Source: a virus. Taken from it: a DNA stretch of 64,000 nucleotides. Position 1 is the first letter of the stretch; each line of letters opens with the position of its first letter. A program made the translations under genes and the position numbers. The stretch is taken from the IMG/VR virus record IMGVR_UViG_3300045988_082633; one strand, written 5' to 3'. Below are positions 29,050-37,412 of this stretch, in pieces. A model generated the notes under the pieces. That model had not been told where the DNA came from. It saw only the letters and a list, made by a program, of their open reading frames with translations, and did no database searches.

Positions 29050-31338
29050 TTAAAACCATGCTCTTTTTAATATATTTTTATTATTACTATTATCATCTTC
29101 AGTTATTTTTTTACGATGTGCTAAAAGTTTAGCAGCTTCTATATCACAAAGACGCCATTGAAGTGCTCGTATAATCATTTCAGAAACTCTATCAAAGTTA
29201 CCAAGACTATTCCATTTTTTAAGTTCAAGAATAGATTGATAATCATATATTGTTTGAAATAAATAAATGTCGTTTCCTAAATCATCTTGCCCTACAACAG
29301 TATAAAGCATTTCTTTAAGTAAACGAAGACCTTCAAGTTTCTTTGTACCATCTCCCATGTTAACACCATAAGTAGACACAACATTACCTTTAATAGAAGT
29401 ATCCCATATTTGTACTGGGTCTTTCATAAGATATTTAAGTGCTTTCCACTTACTAAAATTACTTACAGTTTCACCACGGTTTATCTCAACTCCTGTTGTT
29501 CCAATACAATTATAATATATTGCAAGAAGCAAACAAACTTTATCAGCTTCTTCAAGTTTTTCAGGACGACCATAATATGCTGCAACAAGAGCTGTTTTAA
29601 ATCCATTATATTGACATGGATTCATCCAAACTTTAATACTATTATGAGAATGCTTATTAGTAATGAGTTTGTTTTCTTTATTAACACCAACAGGGTCATA
29701 ACTAATAGAATATAGTCCAGGAGGTGTTCCTATTATTTGTTTTCCGTTTTTATCTATATGTGGAACTTGCATTGGATTAAACCATTTACGAATACAACCA
29801 TGAGGATGTTCATGTCCTTTACGAGGTACTCCTTCAATCCAATCATAAAAGTCTATATTATGTCTTCCTCCTTCAGCTTCTATACGAGAATTACTTTTAA
29901 ATATAACTTTTCCATTTTCTTCAAACAGCCAACCATCAGAATAAAATTTAAAGCTATTATCAGTTCTAAGACGTTCTTCCCAAGCCATTAGTTCTTCACT
30001 ACTAAAAAGATTTTCTGTAGCAGAACTAAAAGATTCAGCTGGCATAAGAGCATATTGTCCAAGATAATTTATATAATCAGCAAAAGTTTTAGCTGTTTCT
30101 TTTTTAAGCTTTCGTTCATTATATGCAATTCTAAGTCCAAGTTCAATATTTGAATTACCATCTTGGTCCATAGCATATTGATCTCCAATTTGACCTTGAA
30201 GACCCCAAGCATAAGGTTTGAAATATCCACAAATTTCATTTCTACTATCTTTATCCCAAACATTTTCAAAAGGCATAAAATGATAAGATAAAGGAGAATA
30301 AAAATTTTGTTCAAAAGTTTGCATATTTCCAGAAGTTGCAGTACCCCAACAAAAAAGATTTCCAGTAACATAACTACCAGTTCTCATAGCAGGTTCTGTA
30401 ACTCCCATAAAATCATCAAAGTTTTCCATAGTAGAAAGCTCTTCTACTTTAACATTAACTGCATCTTTACCAATAGCACAATCAGGATTATTCATTGCAG
30501 ATACAGTAAAAAGTGCAGAATTCCAACTTTTAGGACTAACTACTCCATTAGGAAGTTTAAAACCAAGACGAAAATTTTCTTTATCTGTAGATAGAATACC
30601 TTTTACAAAAGGTGTTTTAGTTTCAAAGAAACGAAGATTATTAATAGTGAAATCAGTTAAACCTCCTGTAGCTACAAGATATTTCTTATCAGCAGCAACA
30701 TGTATTTGAACTTTACGAGGTTGTAAATTTATAGTATTAGCACTATCGGCAGCCATAATATAAGAAAAACCACCACGACGAGTTTTATCTATTATAAGAT
30801 GAAAACCGTTTCTTATAGCAAATTCCATTACATGAAATGTCCAAAACTGAGCATCTATAAACTTACTAAAATCATAATGTTTCTTACCTACACTAGCTTT
30901 AGAAGTAGACTTAGTTGTATTTTCATCAAGCTGCTCAATCATAGTATAGTTAAGAAAATTATAATGAGAACCAGTAATTCTTATATTTTCAATATTACCA
31001 TTACGTAAAAGACAAGGCATACTAATACCATGTTTTCTACGATATTCTTCTCTTTTTCTAAGTTGACGATGTGGAATAGTATCTTCTTTAAGAAAAGTAT
31101 ATTTTTTATTTTTACGATAAAAATCAGCCATTTCAGTAAATAAATGAGTATTAACAAATTTATCATCAGGCTGTATATTAAGAAGAAAACCACCACTATC
31201 ACCAATGAGAAAAAGATTATCAGGGTCATCATATCCAGCTTCTGTTGCTGTTCTATAATGACTTTTATCCTCAGATAAATATTGTAAAAATGGATAACTT
31301 TTTATTACTTCTTCTACATTCGTTTCAATTTTCATCAT
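29050..31338 (-). CDS. terL: terminase large subunit
   Basis: 762 aa. Has a Walker-A-like IIDKTRRGGFSY and an acidic Walker-B-like VKVEELS. Lies just upstream of the portal gene, separated only by the 133-aa HExxH ORF. Uninterrupted ORF. Confidence 0.8.
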   Translation of the reverse strand: MMKIETNVEEVIKSYPFLQYLSEDKSHYRTATEAGYDDPDNLFLIGDSGGFLLNIQPDDKFVNTHLFTEMADFYRKNKKYTFLKEDTIPHRQLRKREEYRRKHGISMPCLLRNGNIENIRITGSHYNFLNYTMIEQLDENTTKSTSKASVGKKHYDFSKFIDAQFWTFHVMEFAIRNGFHLIIDKTRRGGFSYIMAADSANTINLQPRKVQIHVAADKKYLVATGGLTDFTINNLRFFETKTPFVKGILSTDKENFRLGFKLPNGVVSPKSWNSALFTVSAMNNPDCAIGKDAVNVKVEELSTMENFDDFMGVTEPAMRTGSYVTGNLFCWGTATSGNMQTFEQNFYSPLSYHFMPFENVWDKDSRNEICGYFKPYAWGLQGQIGDQYAMDQDGNSNIELGLRIAYNERKLKKETAKTFADYINYLGQYALMPAESFSSATENLFSSEELMAWEERLRTDNSFKFYSDGWLFEENGKVIFKSNSRIEAEGGRHNIDFYDWIEGVPRKGHEHPHGCIRKWFNPMQVPHIDKNGKQIIGTPPGLYSISYDPVGVNKENKLITNKHSHNSIKVWMNPCQYNGFKTALVAAYYGRPEKLEEADKVCLLLAIYYNCIGTTGVEINRGETVSNFSKWKALKYLMKDPVQIWDTSIKGNVVSTYGVNMGDGTKKLEGLRLLKEMLYTVVGQDDLGNDIYLFQTIYDYQSILELKKWNSLGNFDRVSEMIIRALQWRLCDIEAAKLLAHRKKITEDDNSNNKNILKRAWF

Positions 31339-31339
31339 A

Positions 31340-31729
31340 TTATTTCAGTAATAATAATAAAGTTACAATAGATAATACTATTCCTCCACCAATAGTAATG
31401 TTTCTTTGGTAAACAGCTTTTTTATAAGCTTTATTTAACAAAATATTACTACTTTTATAATGTTGTATAACAATACTATCGTTTACTATAATACTTTTAA
31501 GACTTTTATTAATTTTCTTTTCATAATCAAGTTCTATAAGTTTACTATTTGCTAATCTTAAATCATTATAAGAAATAAGAACTGAATCTTTAACAATAGT
31601 ATCTTTAACAACCACACCCCCCGTAGAAGAGTTTGTACAGGTTAAGTGTGTATTATTTGCCAATAAGGTGATAGAACAATTTAAGAGTACTATCATTGTC
31701 AAGGCTTTTAATTTCAATAGATTTAACAT
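31340..31729 (-). CDS. envelope protein with N-terminal signal/lipobox-like LLNC and a C-terminal TM segment (u-spanin-like topology)
   Basis: 129 aa. N-terminus MLNLLKLKALTMIVLLNCS, C-terminus GGGIVLSIVTLLLLLK. Its start lies 77 nt inside the upstream ORF in another frame. Contains motif copy 5. Confidence 0.4.
   Translation of the reverse strand: MLNLLKLKALTMIVLLNCSITLLANNTHLTCTNSSTGGVVVKDTIVKDSVLISYNDLRLANSKLIELDYEKKINKSLKSIIVNDSIVIQHYKSSNILLNKAYKKAVYQRNITIGGGIVLSIVTLLLLLK
31618..31628 (+). repeat. GC-rich interspersed motif, copy 5
   Basis: Plus strand reads ACACCCCCCGTAGAAGAGTT. Inside 31340..31729, antisense; the gene reads TCT ACG GGG GGT = S-T-G-G. Forms an inverted pair with copy 6. 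Confidence 0.85.
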
Positions 31730-31940
31730 TTTTAATACTATCTAAATGTTTAACTTCTATAATTAGTTTATTGTTATCTTTAGTAATAGAGTCTATTTTG
31801 AGTTCTTCTACGGGGGAGGTAGTTGATGTGCTCTTTAAAGTTAACTGTTTTACTATCGATATTAATACGATAAACAATGGTATAATTACCATTATAATTA
31901 TTTTTATAACAAGTAAGTTATTTATCTTTTTGCATTTCAT
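31653..31940 (-). CDS. small type-II membrane protein (holin or i-spanin-like)
   Basis: 95 aa with the N-terminal hydrophobic segment LLVIKIIIMVIIPLFIVLISIV and then a polar domain. Overlaps both neighbours. Contains motif copy 6. Confidence 0.45.
   Translation of the reverse strand: MKCKKINNLLVIKIIIMVIIPLFIVLISIVKQLTLKSTSTTSPVEELKIDSITKDNNKLIIEVKHLDSIKNVKSIEIKSLDNDSTLKLFYHLIGK
31806..31816 (-). repeat. GC-rich interspersed motif, copy 6 (reads on the minus strand)
   Basis: Plus strand reads CTTCTACGGGGGAGGTAGTTG. Sense orientation within 31653..31940 (TCC CCC GTA GAA GAA = S-P-V-E-E) and 76 nt upstream of the start of 31340..31729. Confidence 0.85.
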
Positions 31941-32553
31941 CTATATCCTCTTCTGTTATAAGTGTATAAGTAAAACAATTACCGTAAATATTAGCAGCTT
32001 TTTTAACAAGATACATAAAAGAATTAAATTCTTTAGGATCATTAAACACTTGACAACCTGCTGAATAATTATCTACTGTAGCACGAGTCCAAAATTCATT
32101 AGAACGATGAATGTTAATACCAAACATTCCTGTTTCTATATTTTTAGGATTATAATCATAAATATCATCCCTATTGTTATCACGATAAACTTTTACTGGC
32201 TTATTTCTTTGACAAAGTGCATCATATTTACCACGATGTTTATCTATTTTATAAGTTCCTCTATACTGTCCAGGAGCAAGGATAGCAGTTCCTTTAGCAT
32301 TAGATGGAGCTTTCATAAGAGAACTTCCTGGCTCTGTAGTAATACTATAAATTTGACGTTTCCAACCTATATTTGTATCATAAATAACTACAAGATAATC
32401 ATCATATTTATTTGTTACTTTATTATTTTGGTTACTACGAACACCAATAATATTTAAATTATAAGTACCTTTAGTAAAAAAAGCATAACCTTTTTTATCA
32501 AATAGTTTCTTAAAATTAAAATTTTTACATTTACTATATAGTTTAGTTTTCAT
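31918..32553 (-). CDS. putative cell-wall hydrolase (YkuD-like His...SxGC catalytic signature); endolysin candidate
   Basis: 211 aa. GINIHRSNEFWTRATVDNYSAGCQVF places a His 18 residues before a Cys in an SxGC context, as in L,D-transpeptidase/YkuD-fold enzymes (from recall). Followed by two overlapping membrane-protein genes. Confidence 0.4.
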   Translation of the reverse strand: MKTKLYSKCKNFNFKKLFDKKGYAFFTKGTYNLNIIGVRSNQNNKVTNKYDDYLVVIYDTNIGWKRQIYSITTEPGSSLMKAPSNAKGTAILAPGQYRGTYKIDKHRGKYDALCQRNKPVKVYRDNNRDDIYDYNPKNIETGMFGINIHRSNEFWTRATVDNYSAGCQVFNDPKEFNSFMYLVKKAANIYGNCFTYTLITEEDIDEMQKDK

Positions 32554-33551
32554 AAATCGAATAATGTTTTTTGTTGTATATTATTATTTTTATTAGCTCT
32601 AACTTTAACCAATCTATCAGCAAGAACTGCATCTGCTTCTTTTCTACGATATCCAATTCTATACCAAGTAGGAACCTCAACTCCATTAGGATCTATTGGA
32701 TATTGATTATGTTCATCTCTATATGGCATTCCATATTGATTTTTAATAAAAGGACTAGCTATATGACAAAGACCAAGTCCTACACAAGGAATGTCAAGAA
32801 TAAGTTCTACCATTCTAGCATACATAGATAATTGCATAGTATAATGATAACCGTTGCAATTAGGAAGATAATTAAGAGGAGGTAACATATATTCTGATTT
32901 TAGAATATATTCATTAGTTCTTTGATGAGGCTTACAAGTTTTATCTTTTTTAAAATAACCAGATTGAAACTGAAGACCATCACGATTAGTTTTCCAATCA
33001 AGAATTACAAAATCTTGATCTCTTATACAAAGAATATCTATAGTACCACTTATAAGATAATCAATAAGAAAAGCTCCAATTTCACTATATATTGTATAAC
33101 CTTTATCTGTGTAAAATTGAAATACACGATAAATTTCTTCATATTTATTATTTGTAGCTTTTTTAAATTCTTCTATATCAAGAGGTTTTACATTTAGATA
33201 AGGAATATCTGCAACTGTTACGACACGTCCATCATCTATTTTAGTTAGATATTGAATTGCTTTTTTAAATATACTAACTTCTTTTATAGCATCTTCAAGT
33301 CCATTATGTGTAATAGTTCCTCTAGCACAAGCTTCATTTGTTATATCTTGCCATTGTTTTTCAAGTTGTTTTTCACTCATTCCAAGCTCTTTAGCTTTTT
33401 TATGAAGCCAATACTTTTTATTAAACTTAGGAACATAGTTGTCATGAATTAAAGTAGTAACAGAAGTATAACTGTTACCATTAGAATCACTATATTTATG
33501 TCCTTCTTCTTTAAAATAAAGAAAAACTTCATCATACCTACTATCTCTCAT
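32550..33551 (-). CDS. PD-(D/E)XK-type nuclease (Cas4/RecB-like exonuclease fold)
   Basis: 333 aa. N-terminal EEGHKY...YTSVTTLI and later GTIDILCIRDQDFVILDWKT (a D...D/E-x-K arrangement) fit PD-(D/E)XK phage exonucleases as I recall them. Confidence 0.55.
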   Translation of the reverse strand: MRDSRYDEVFLYFKEEGHKYSDSNGNSYTSVTTLIHDNYVPKFNKKYWLHKKAKELGMSEKQLEKQWQDITNEACARGTITHNGLEDAIKEVSIFKKAIQYLTKIDDGRVVTVADIPYLNVKPLDIEEFKKATNNKYEEIYRVFQFYTDKGYTIYSEIGAFLIDYLISGTIDILCIRDQDFVILDWKTNRDGLQFQSGYFKKDKTCKPHQRTNEYILKSEYMLPPLNYLPNCNGYHYTMQLSMYARMVELILDIPCVGLGLCHIASPFIKNQYGMPYRDEHNQYPIDPNGVEVPTWYRIGYRRKEADAVLADRLVKVRANKNNNIQQKTLFDL

Positions 33552-33858
33552 ATTTTATGTTGTTAATATGATTTATAATATTGGCACGACATATCATGCC
33601 CCAAACTTTATCTATCCATTCTTGTTTAGATAAACCATATAAAGAAACTACTTTATTATACAAAAGTGTAATAGCTTTACGTTGTCCATCATTAATTCCT
33701 AAATTATACGCATTTTCAATATCTATATTACGATCTTTTTTAATATCTTCATATGTATATCCTCCTAGTTTATGTATAATAGCAGTTTTAATACGCTTCG
33801 GCATCCATTGAACTAAGAACTGTTTGACCACCTCTACCAATTTCAGTTTCTTTTTCAT
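33541..33858 (-). CDS. hypothetical small protein
   Basis: 105-aa ORF. The likelier start is the internal MPKRIK at about 33804, which would reduce the overlap with the upstream ORF. Confidence 0.5.
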   Translation of the reverse strand: MKKKLKLVEVVKQFLVQWMPKRIKTAIIHKLGGYTYEDIKKDRNIDIENAYNLGINDGQRKAITLLYNKVVSLYGLSKQEWIDKVWGMICRANIINHINNIKYER

Positions 33859-34396
33859 ACATTAAATTTTGTTTAGCTTCTTCAAGTTTTTTAAGTATAG
33901 ACGGAATATCTCCAGCTTTTTTACTAACAGCATCAATAAGATTCATAATGTTAGGAATTTCCTCTAATGTAATATTAGTATTAAGCTTTTCATTAAGAAC
34001 ATTGTTTATTACATCTATACTTAAATTTATATTATGAACTGTTTTTAATATATTTTCTACAACTTTACCTGCTTCTGTTATATTTTCATCATAGTATCTA
34101 CTAATAAGACGAATAACAAGTTTATCAGGTATATAATCTTTATCTAATCCTGCTTGCTCTATAGCTAATTTAAGAGCTTCTGGATCACTAAGACCAGATT
34201 GTCTAGCAGGTGATTTAGGATCACCAAGATAATAAATGACAATAGCTTCAGCAATATAATTCTTTTTATCAGGCGTTTTATCTCTAGTATAAAGTTCTCT
34301 AATATCTCTATCTATGAGTTGTCTAACAGTAGGAGGTTTAGGCATACCATTATCATCAATAACGATAAGACTATCTATTAACATTTTATTGTTCAT
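33788..34396 (-). CDS. hypothetical protein
   Basis: 202-aa ORF in the first part of the late operon. No motif recognised. Confidence 0.55.
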   Translation of the reverse strand: MNNKMLIDSLIVIDDNGMPKPPTVRQLIDRDIRELYTRDKTPDKKNYIAEAIVIYYLGDPKSPARQSGLSDPEALKLAIEQAGLDKDYIPDKLVIRLISRYYDENITEAGKVVENILKTVHNINLSIDVINNVLNEKLNTNITLEEIPNIMNLIDAVSKKAGDIPSILKKLEEAKQNLMYEKETEIGRGGQTVLSSMDAEAY

Positions 34397-34937
34397 AATC
34401 TCCTATTTTAATATATTCATTACTAACAGCTACTACTTCATGAGAACAATAAAGAAAAAGTCTTGCATAAACTTCACCTTTAGTATTGCATAATTTTCTA
34501 AATAATTTTTTGTTATTATTTACAGCAATACTTGTTATATATCTATAATATCTTTCTTGTGAAATATGTTTAGCATTTTCTTTATTAAGTGCTTTTTTAA
34601 ATATTATATATTTCTCTTTTCCAAGTTGTTCTTTAGCTTCTTGAATTAGAGCTTGTTGTTCACTTGTTTTAAGCATTTGAATAGTCTTTGGTGTTCTTAT
34701 ATTTCCTATAAAAGGAATACCAGTCCAACGACCTTCTCTAAGAAAATTAGCAGCTTCAAACTCACAATGTTCAATAATAGCAAGTGCAATATCTTTATCA
34801 ATTATATTTTTGTCAATACAATTTAGAATATCTTGTTTTCTACATATTGTAACATCGTATCCTCCATTTGGAAATTTAAAAATATCCTCCATATTTGTAT
34901 TAAATTTAATTATTGAAAAAAGAGAACTAATAAACAT
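34386..34937 (-). CDS. hypothetical protein
   Basis: 183-aa ORF. The likelier start is the internal MEDIFKF at about 34892. Confidence 0.55.
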   Translation of the reverse strand: MFISSLFSIIKFNTNMEDIFKFPNGGYDVTICRKQDILNCIDKNIIDKDIALAIIEHCEFEAANFLREGRWTGIPFIGNIRTPKTIQMLKTSEQQALIQEAKEQLGKEKYIIFKKALNKENAKHISQERYYRYITSIAVNNNKKLFRKLCNTKGEVYARLFLYCSHEVVAVSNEYIKIGDYEQ

Positions 34938-34961
34938 ATTATTAGTTCTCTTACTAATATT

Positions 34962-35537
34962 TTAAACTATAATTTTTGGAGTACCTGGCATAATTATATT
35001 ATTTTTCTTAGCTTCTCCTGTTTTTATAACAAAAGGATTTACATAATCATTACAACACTTTTTATATGCACCATGAATAGCACAATTAGGAACAAGTTTA
35101 AATTCAATAAAATAACATTGTTCTTGCACTCCGAGAACTTTATTATAAACATCCATATCTCCTTCTATTATATTCAAAATATTATTTATAGTAAGAAGAT
35201 TTGTAGGAGCAGAAAGATGATGTCCTAACATAATATCACTTGGTGCAATTATAAGTTTTTCTCCAACATCAAGTTTAGTAATCAATTCACTATTTGTTTT
35301 ACCTGCTTTAACAAAAATAGGAATTGCAGCAATATCAGAATTTTTCTTATTTCTACGATTAGCAAGAATAAGAGTAGAAAGTTTTTCTCTAAATACAACA
35401 CCAACAATAGTATAATTATCATCTACTTCGATATGAGAAGTAACATTAGCGATATACTCTTTTGTAATATCAGAAAGAGTTGTTGGAAGATTAAGAGTAA
35501 AAACTCCTTGTTTACCATTTACATTAAGTGTTAGCAT
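34962..35537 (-). CDS. hypothetical protein, first gene of the minus-strand block
   Basis: 191-aa ORF bordering the divergent control region. Confidence 0.55.
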   Translation of the reverse strand: MLTLNVNGKQGVFTLNLPTTLSDITKEYIANVTSHIEVDDNYTIVGVVFREKLSTLILANRRNKKNSDIAAIPIFVKAGKTNSELITKLDVGEKLIIAPSDIMLGHHLSAPTNLLTINNILNIIEGDMDVYNKVLGVQEQCYFIEFKLVPNCAIHGAYKKCCNDYVNPFVIKTGEAKKNNIIMPGTPKIIV

Positions 35538-35570
35538 AATTTTAATTTATTATTTAATTTAATAATTAGT

Positions 35571-35632
35571 ATAATATATAATATATTATATATTATATAT
35601 TATATTATATTATATATTATATATTATATACT
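35571..35632. repeat. pure A/T microsatellite (TATAT/TATATAT units)
   Basis: ATAATATATAATATATTATATATTATATATTATATTATATTATATATTATATATTATATA, about 60 nt without any G or C, directly upstream of the first minus-strand gene. Confidence 0.9.
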
Positions 35633-35650
35633 TTATATCATTTCTATTGG

Positions 35651-35658
35651 CAAATATA
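35651..35658 (-). promoter_or_regulatory. candidate Bacteroides-type -7 box (TATATTTG on the minus strand) for the late block
   Basis: Matches TAnnTTTG, 114 nt upstream of the start at 35537. Such a short match is expected by chance in AT-rich DNA, so this is weak. Confidence 0.2.
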
Positions 35659-36039
35659 AAGATATTCTTCTAAATATTAGTACTTATAATAGTAAAAATT
35701 CTTAAATTTAATTATATTTAACATATTAGTTAAAAATATATAAAAATTTAGATATTTCAAGAAAATGTAGTACTTTTACTCATACTAAGAAAAACATATA
35801 TTAAGTTAGTAATACTAATAGTAGGCGTGGGTAACTTACTTTTATTATTCTAACAAATATTTTTAATTATCTCATACAATATGTTTTTCTGAATTTTTGA
35901 GGTTAATACATTTGTAATACTCTCCGTAGTGATACGAAGAGTATTATTTTTATTATTACATTATATCATATTTATAATATTTCAAAACATATTCGATATA
36001 CACTTATACAATATCTTTTTAATCATGTTCCATAATATA

Positions 36040-36480
36040 TTCGTTATTCTACTAAATATAATACTACACATATTGATTTTTAATATATTAAACTTGAAAA
36101 TGAACAATCTATAATAATAGATTGTGAATAAATTGATATTTTATATACTAAATATGATACTATATATAATATTACTGAAACTATAAAATATTCTACTAAA
36201 TTTAGTGTTGAGAATATGGAAATTTTATATATTCTAAATGATGTTAATGTTTATATTATGACAAAAGATACAAGTATAAGTCCTCGTAAAGATAAATAAA
36301 GAGTAGATTTAGAAAATAAAATAAGTGTTAGGTATAGTGAATTTGGAAAATATAAAATTTATATTAAATATAATATTATAAAGATTATATATCGTGTTTA
36401 TCTTTATAAAAGTGCAGAATGTGAAAATAGAAAATTGGAATTAAGTATTAAATATAGAGAAGTTGTAAAATATAAAATTT
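36040..36480 (+). repeat. array of degenerate direct repeats (iteron-like) in the divergent intergenic region
   Basis: TATTCTACTAAAT occurs at 36045 and 36189. AAGTGTTAGGTATAGTGAATTTGGAAAATATAAAATTT (36323-36360) and AAGTATTAAATATAGAGAAGTTGTAAAATATAAAATTT (36443-36480) lie exactly 120 nt apart. A weaker copy (TAGTGTTGAGAATATGGAAATTTTATATATTC) lies a further 120 nt upstream at 36203. Confidence 0.7.
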
Positions 36481-36488
36481 TTAAAATT

Positions 36489-36532
36489 GGAGGTGTAGTT
36501 GTGAGAATGTGAGGGTATTCTCAAACACCCCC
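36489..36532 (+). promoter_or_regulatory. compound hairpin upstream of the first early gene
   Basis: Outer arms GGAGGTGT (36489-36496) / ACACCCCC (36525-36532, one mismatch). Inner arms TGAGAAT (36502-36508) / ATTCTCA (36517-36523) with an 8-nt loop. The right arm continues as ACACCCCCGGCTAGTAAAG, a degenerate relative of the GC motif. Confidence 0.5.
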
Positions 36533-36570
36533 GGCTAGTAAAGCTAAATGTCGAACTCCCCCACCTCATC

Positions 36571-36622
36571 CTCAAAAAATCAAGGTTTCACTTCGTTCAA
36601 CTCTCATTCTCAAAAAAGCAAG
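36571..36622 (+). repeat. pair of CTCAAAAAA(T/G)CAAG boxes upstream of gene 36720
   Basis: CTCAAAAAATCAAG at 36571-36584 and CTCAAAAAAGCAAG at 36609-36622, about 100 nt upstream of the ATG at 36720. Confidence 0.8.
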
Positions 36623-36719
36623 TTATGGAAGTAGAAGGACTACAGCCACACACATTGATACACCTATTTGTGTGTTAACTTAATTGCGGCTAAAGGAGCT
36701 GCTCAAGGTGTTAGTTATT

Positions 36720-37136
36720 ATGTCACAAGTTATAACTATCAAAAGCGTTAAAGTATTCGAGAACGAAGAGTTTGCAAACGTATCGCTGACCATGACTCAG
36801 ACTGTCAAAGGTTTTCGTCTTAATCACGATACCAACACTATGGAAGATGCTGATGTCGATACAATCAGCATGTCTCGTAGTGCTCTTACTCGTCAGCTTT
36901 GCGATTGCAACGATGACATTGCTCTGTTCCGTGCTACTCGTGATAGAGCATTTGGTCAACGTGAATTTGGCATTATTCTCTTTGGTGCCAAGCTTACTAT
37001 CAATCGTGAGCTTAAAGCAGCTGGCGAAGAGGTCAACGGCAAGGCTCTTGAACGTGATTGCTACATCACATCTATCGTTGGTGTTACACTCAGTGAACGT
37101 GCAGTTCGTGCTCTCGATGCTGCTTGTCAACTTTAA
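36720..37136 (+). CDS. GC-richer early protein, paralogue 1 (139 aa, unknown function)
   Basis: ATG at 36720 (the track begins at an upstream TTG). Codon usage is so GC-rich that two out-of-frame or antisense ORFs open across it. Clearly homologous to 39923..40414 (for example YITSIVGVTLSERAVRALD vs IITHVTDVTLSDFAIRKLD). Has its own terminator. Confidence 0.75.
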   Translation: MSQVITIKSVKVFENEEFANVSLTMTQTVKGFRLNHDTNTMEDADVDTISMSRSALTRQLCDCNDDIALFRATRDRAFGQREFGIILFGAKLTINRELKAAGEEVNGKALERDCYITSIVGVTLSERAVRALDAACQL

Positions 37137-37144
37137 CGTACTAC

Positions 37145-37176
37145 GGAGAGTGGGCTTCGGTCTACTCTCCATTTTA
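37145..37176 (+). terminator. rho-independent-type terminator with a UUCG tetraloop
   Basis: GGAGAGTGGGC-TTCG-GTCTACTCTCC (two G:U pairs in RNA) followed by ATTTTACTCTT, 9 nt after the stop of 36720..37136. Confidence 0.7.
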
Positions 37177-37266
37177 CTCTTGTGTTCTGCAACTTTGGAA
37201 TTTACCAGAGTTGTTAGAATCACAGGTTTACCATCATTCTCAACACTCAAAACAACAGGCTCAGCA

Positions 37267-37305
37267 CTCAAAAAAGCAAGACCTGCTCAATCTCAAAAAA
37301 GCAAG
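37267..37305 (+). repeat. second pair of CTCAAAAAAGCAAG boxes
   Basis: Exact 14-mers at 37267-37280 and 37292-37305, about 108 nt upstream of the ATG at 37413. The flanks (AGGTTTACCATCATTCTCAA) resemble those of the first pair (AGGTTTCACTTCGTTCAACTCTCATTCTCAA). Confidence 0.8.
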
Positions 37306-37412
37306 AGATGGATGAAAAGCTACAATAAAGAGTCTAATAAGACTTTTAATAAGACTTTTATCTATTTTTATTATAAATTATATTATTAACTTAAAAATTA
37401 GGAGGACTAATT

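Noticed and set aside
31618-31816. An invertible DNA switch defined by the inverted GC-motif pair in the lysis region.
   Set aside because: Kept only as a remark within the lysis finding. The arms are just about 13 nt, the same motif occurs at many unrelated sites, and no invertase gene is present in the window.
35929-36114. 61-aa plus-strand ORF inside the divergent control region.
   Set aside because: Its translation is almost entirely I/L/F/N/H. It is built from the short direct repeats of the region, starts at a non-ATG codon and has no ribosome-binding context. I treat it as non-coding.
36040-36500. Possible CRISPR array suggested by the repeated units in the intergenic region.
   Set aside because: The repeats are degenerate rather than identical and number only two or three. 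They are spaced 120 nt apart in A/T-rich filler rather than unique spacers. No cas genes are present.
36682-36696. AATTGCGGCTAAAGG, a close match to the group I intron P element, in the leader of gene 36720.
   Set aside because: No matching Q, R or S elements are nearby, and no interrupted gene is present. Probably coincidental, and it overlaps the AAGGAG ribosome-binding-like sequence.
36723-37389. Two long ORFs overlapping the early gene 36720..37136: 36723..37271 on the minus strand (182 aa) and 36847..37389 on the plus strand in another frame (180 aa).
   Set aside because: They open because of the unusual GC-rich codon usage of the real gene. Only the 36720 frame has a paralogue (39923..40414), a sensible start context and a terminator right after its stop. 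The alternative ORFs run through that terminator and through the repeat boxes.
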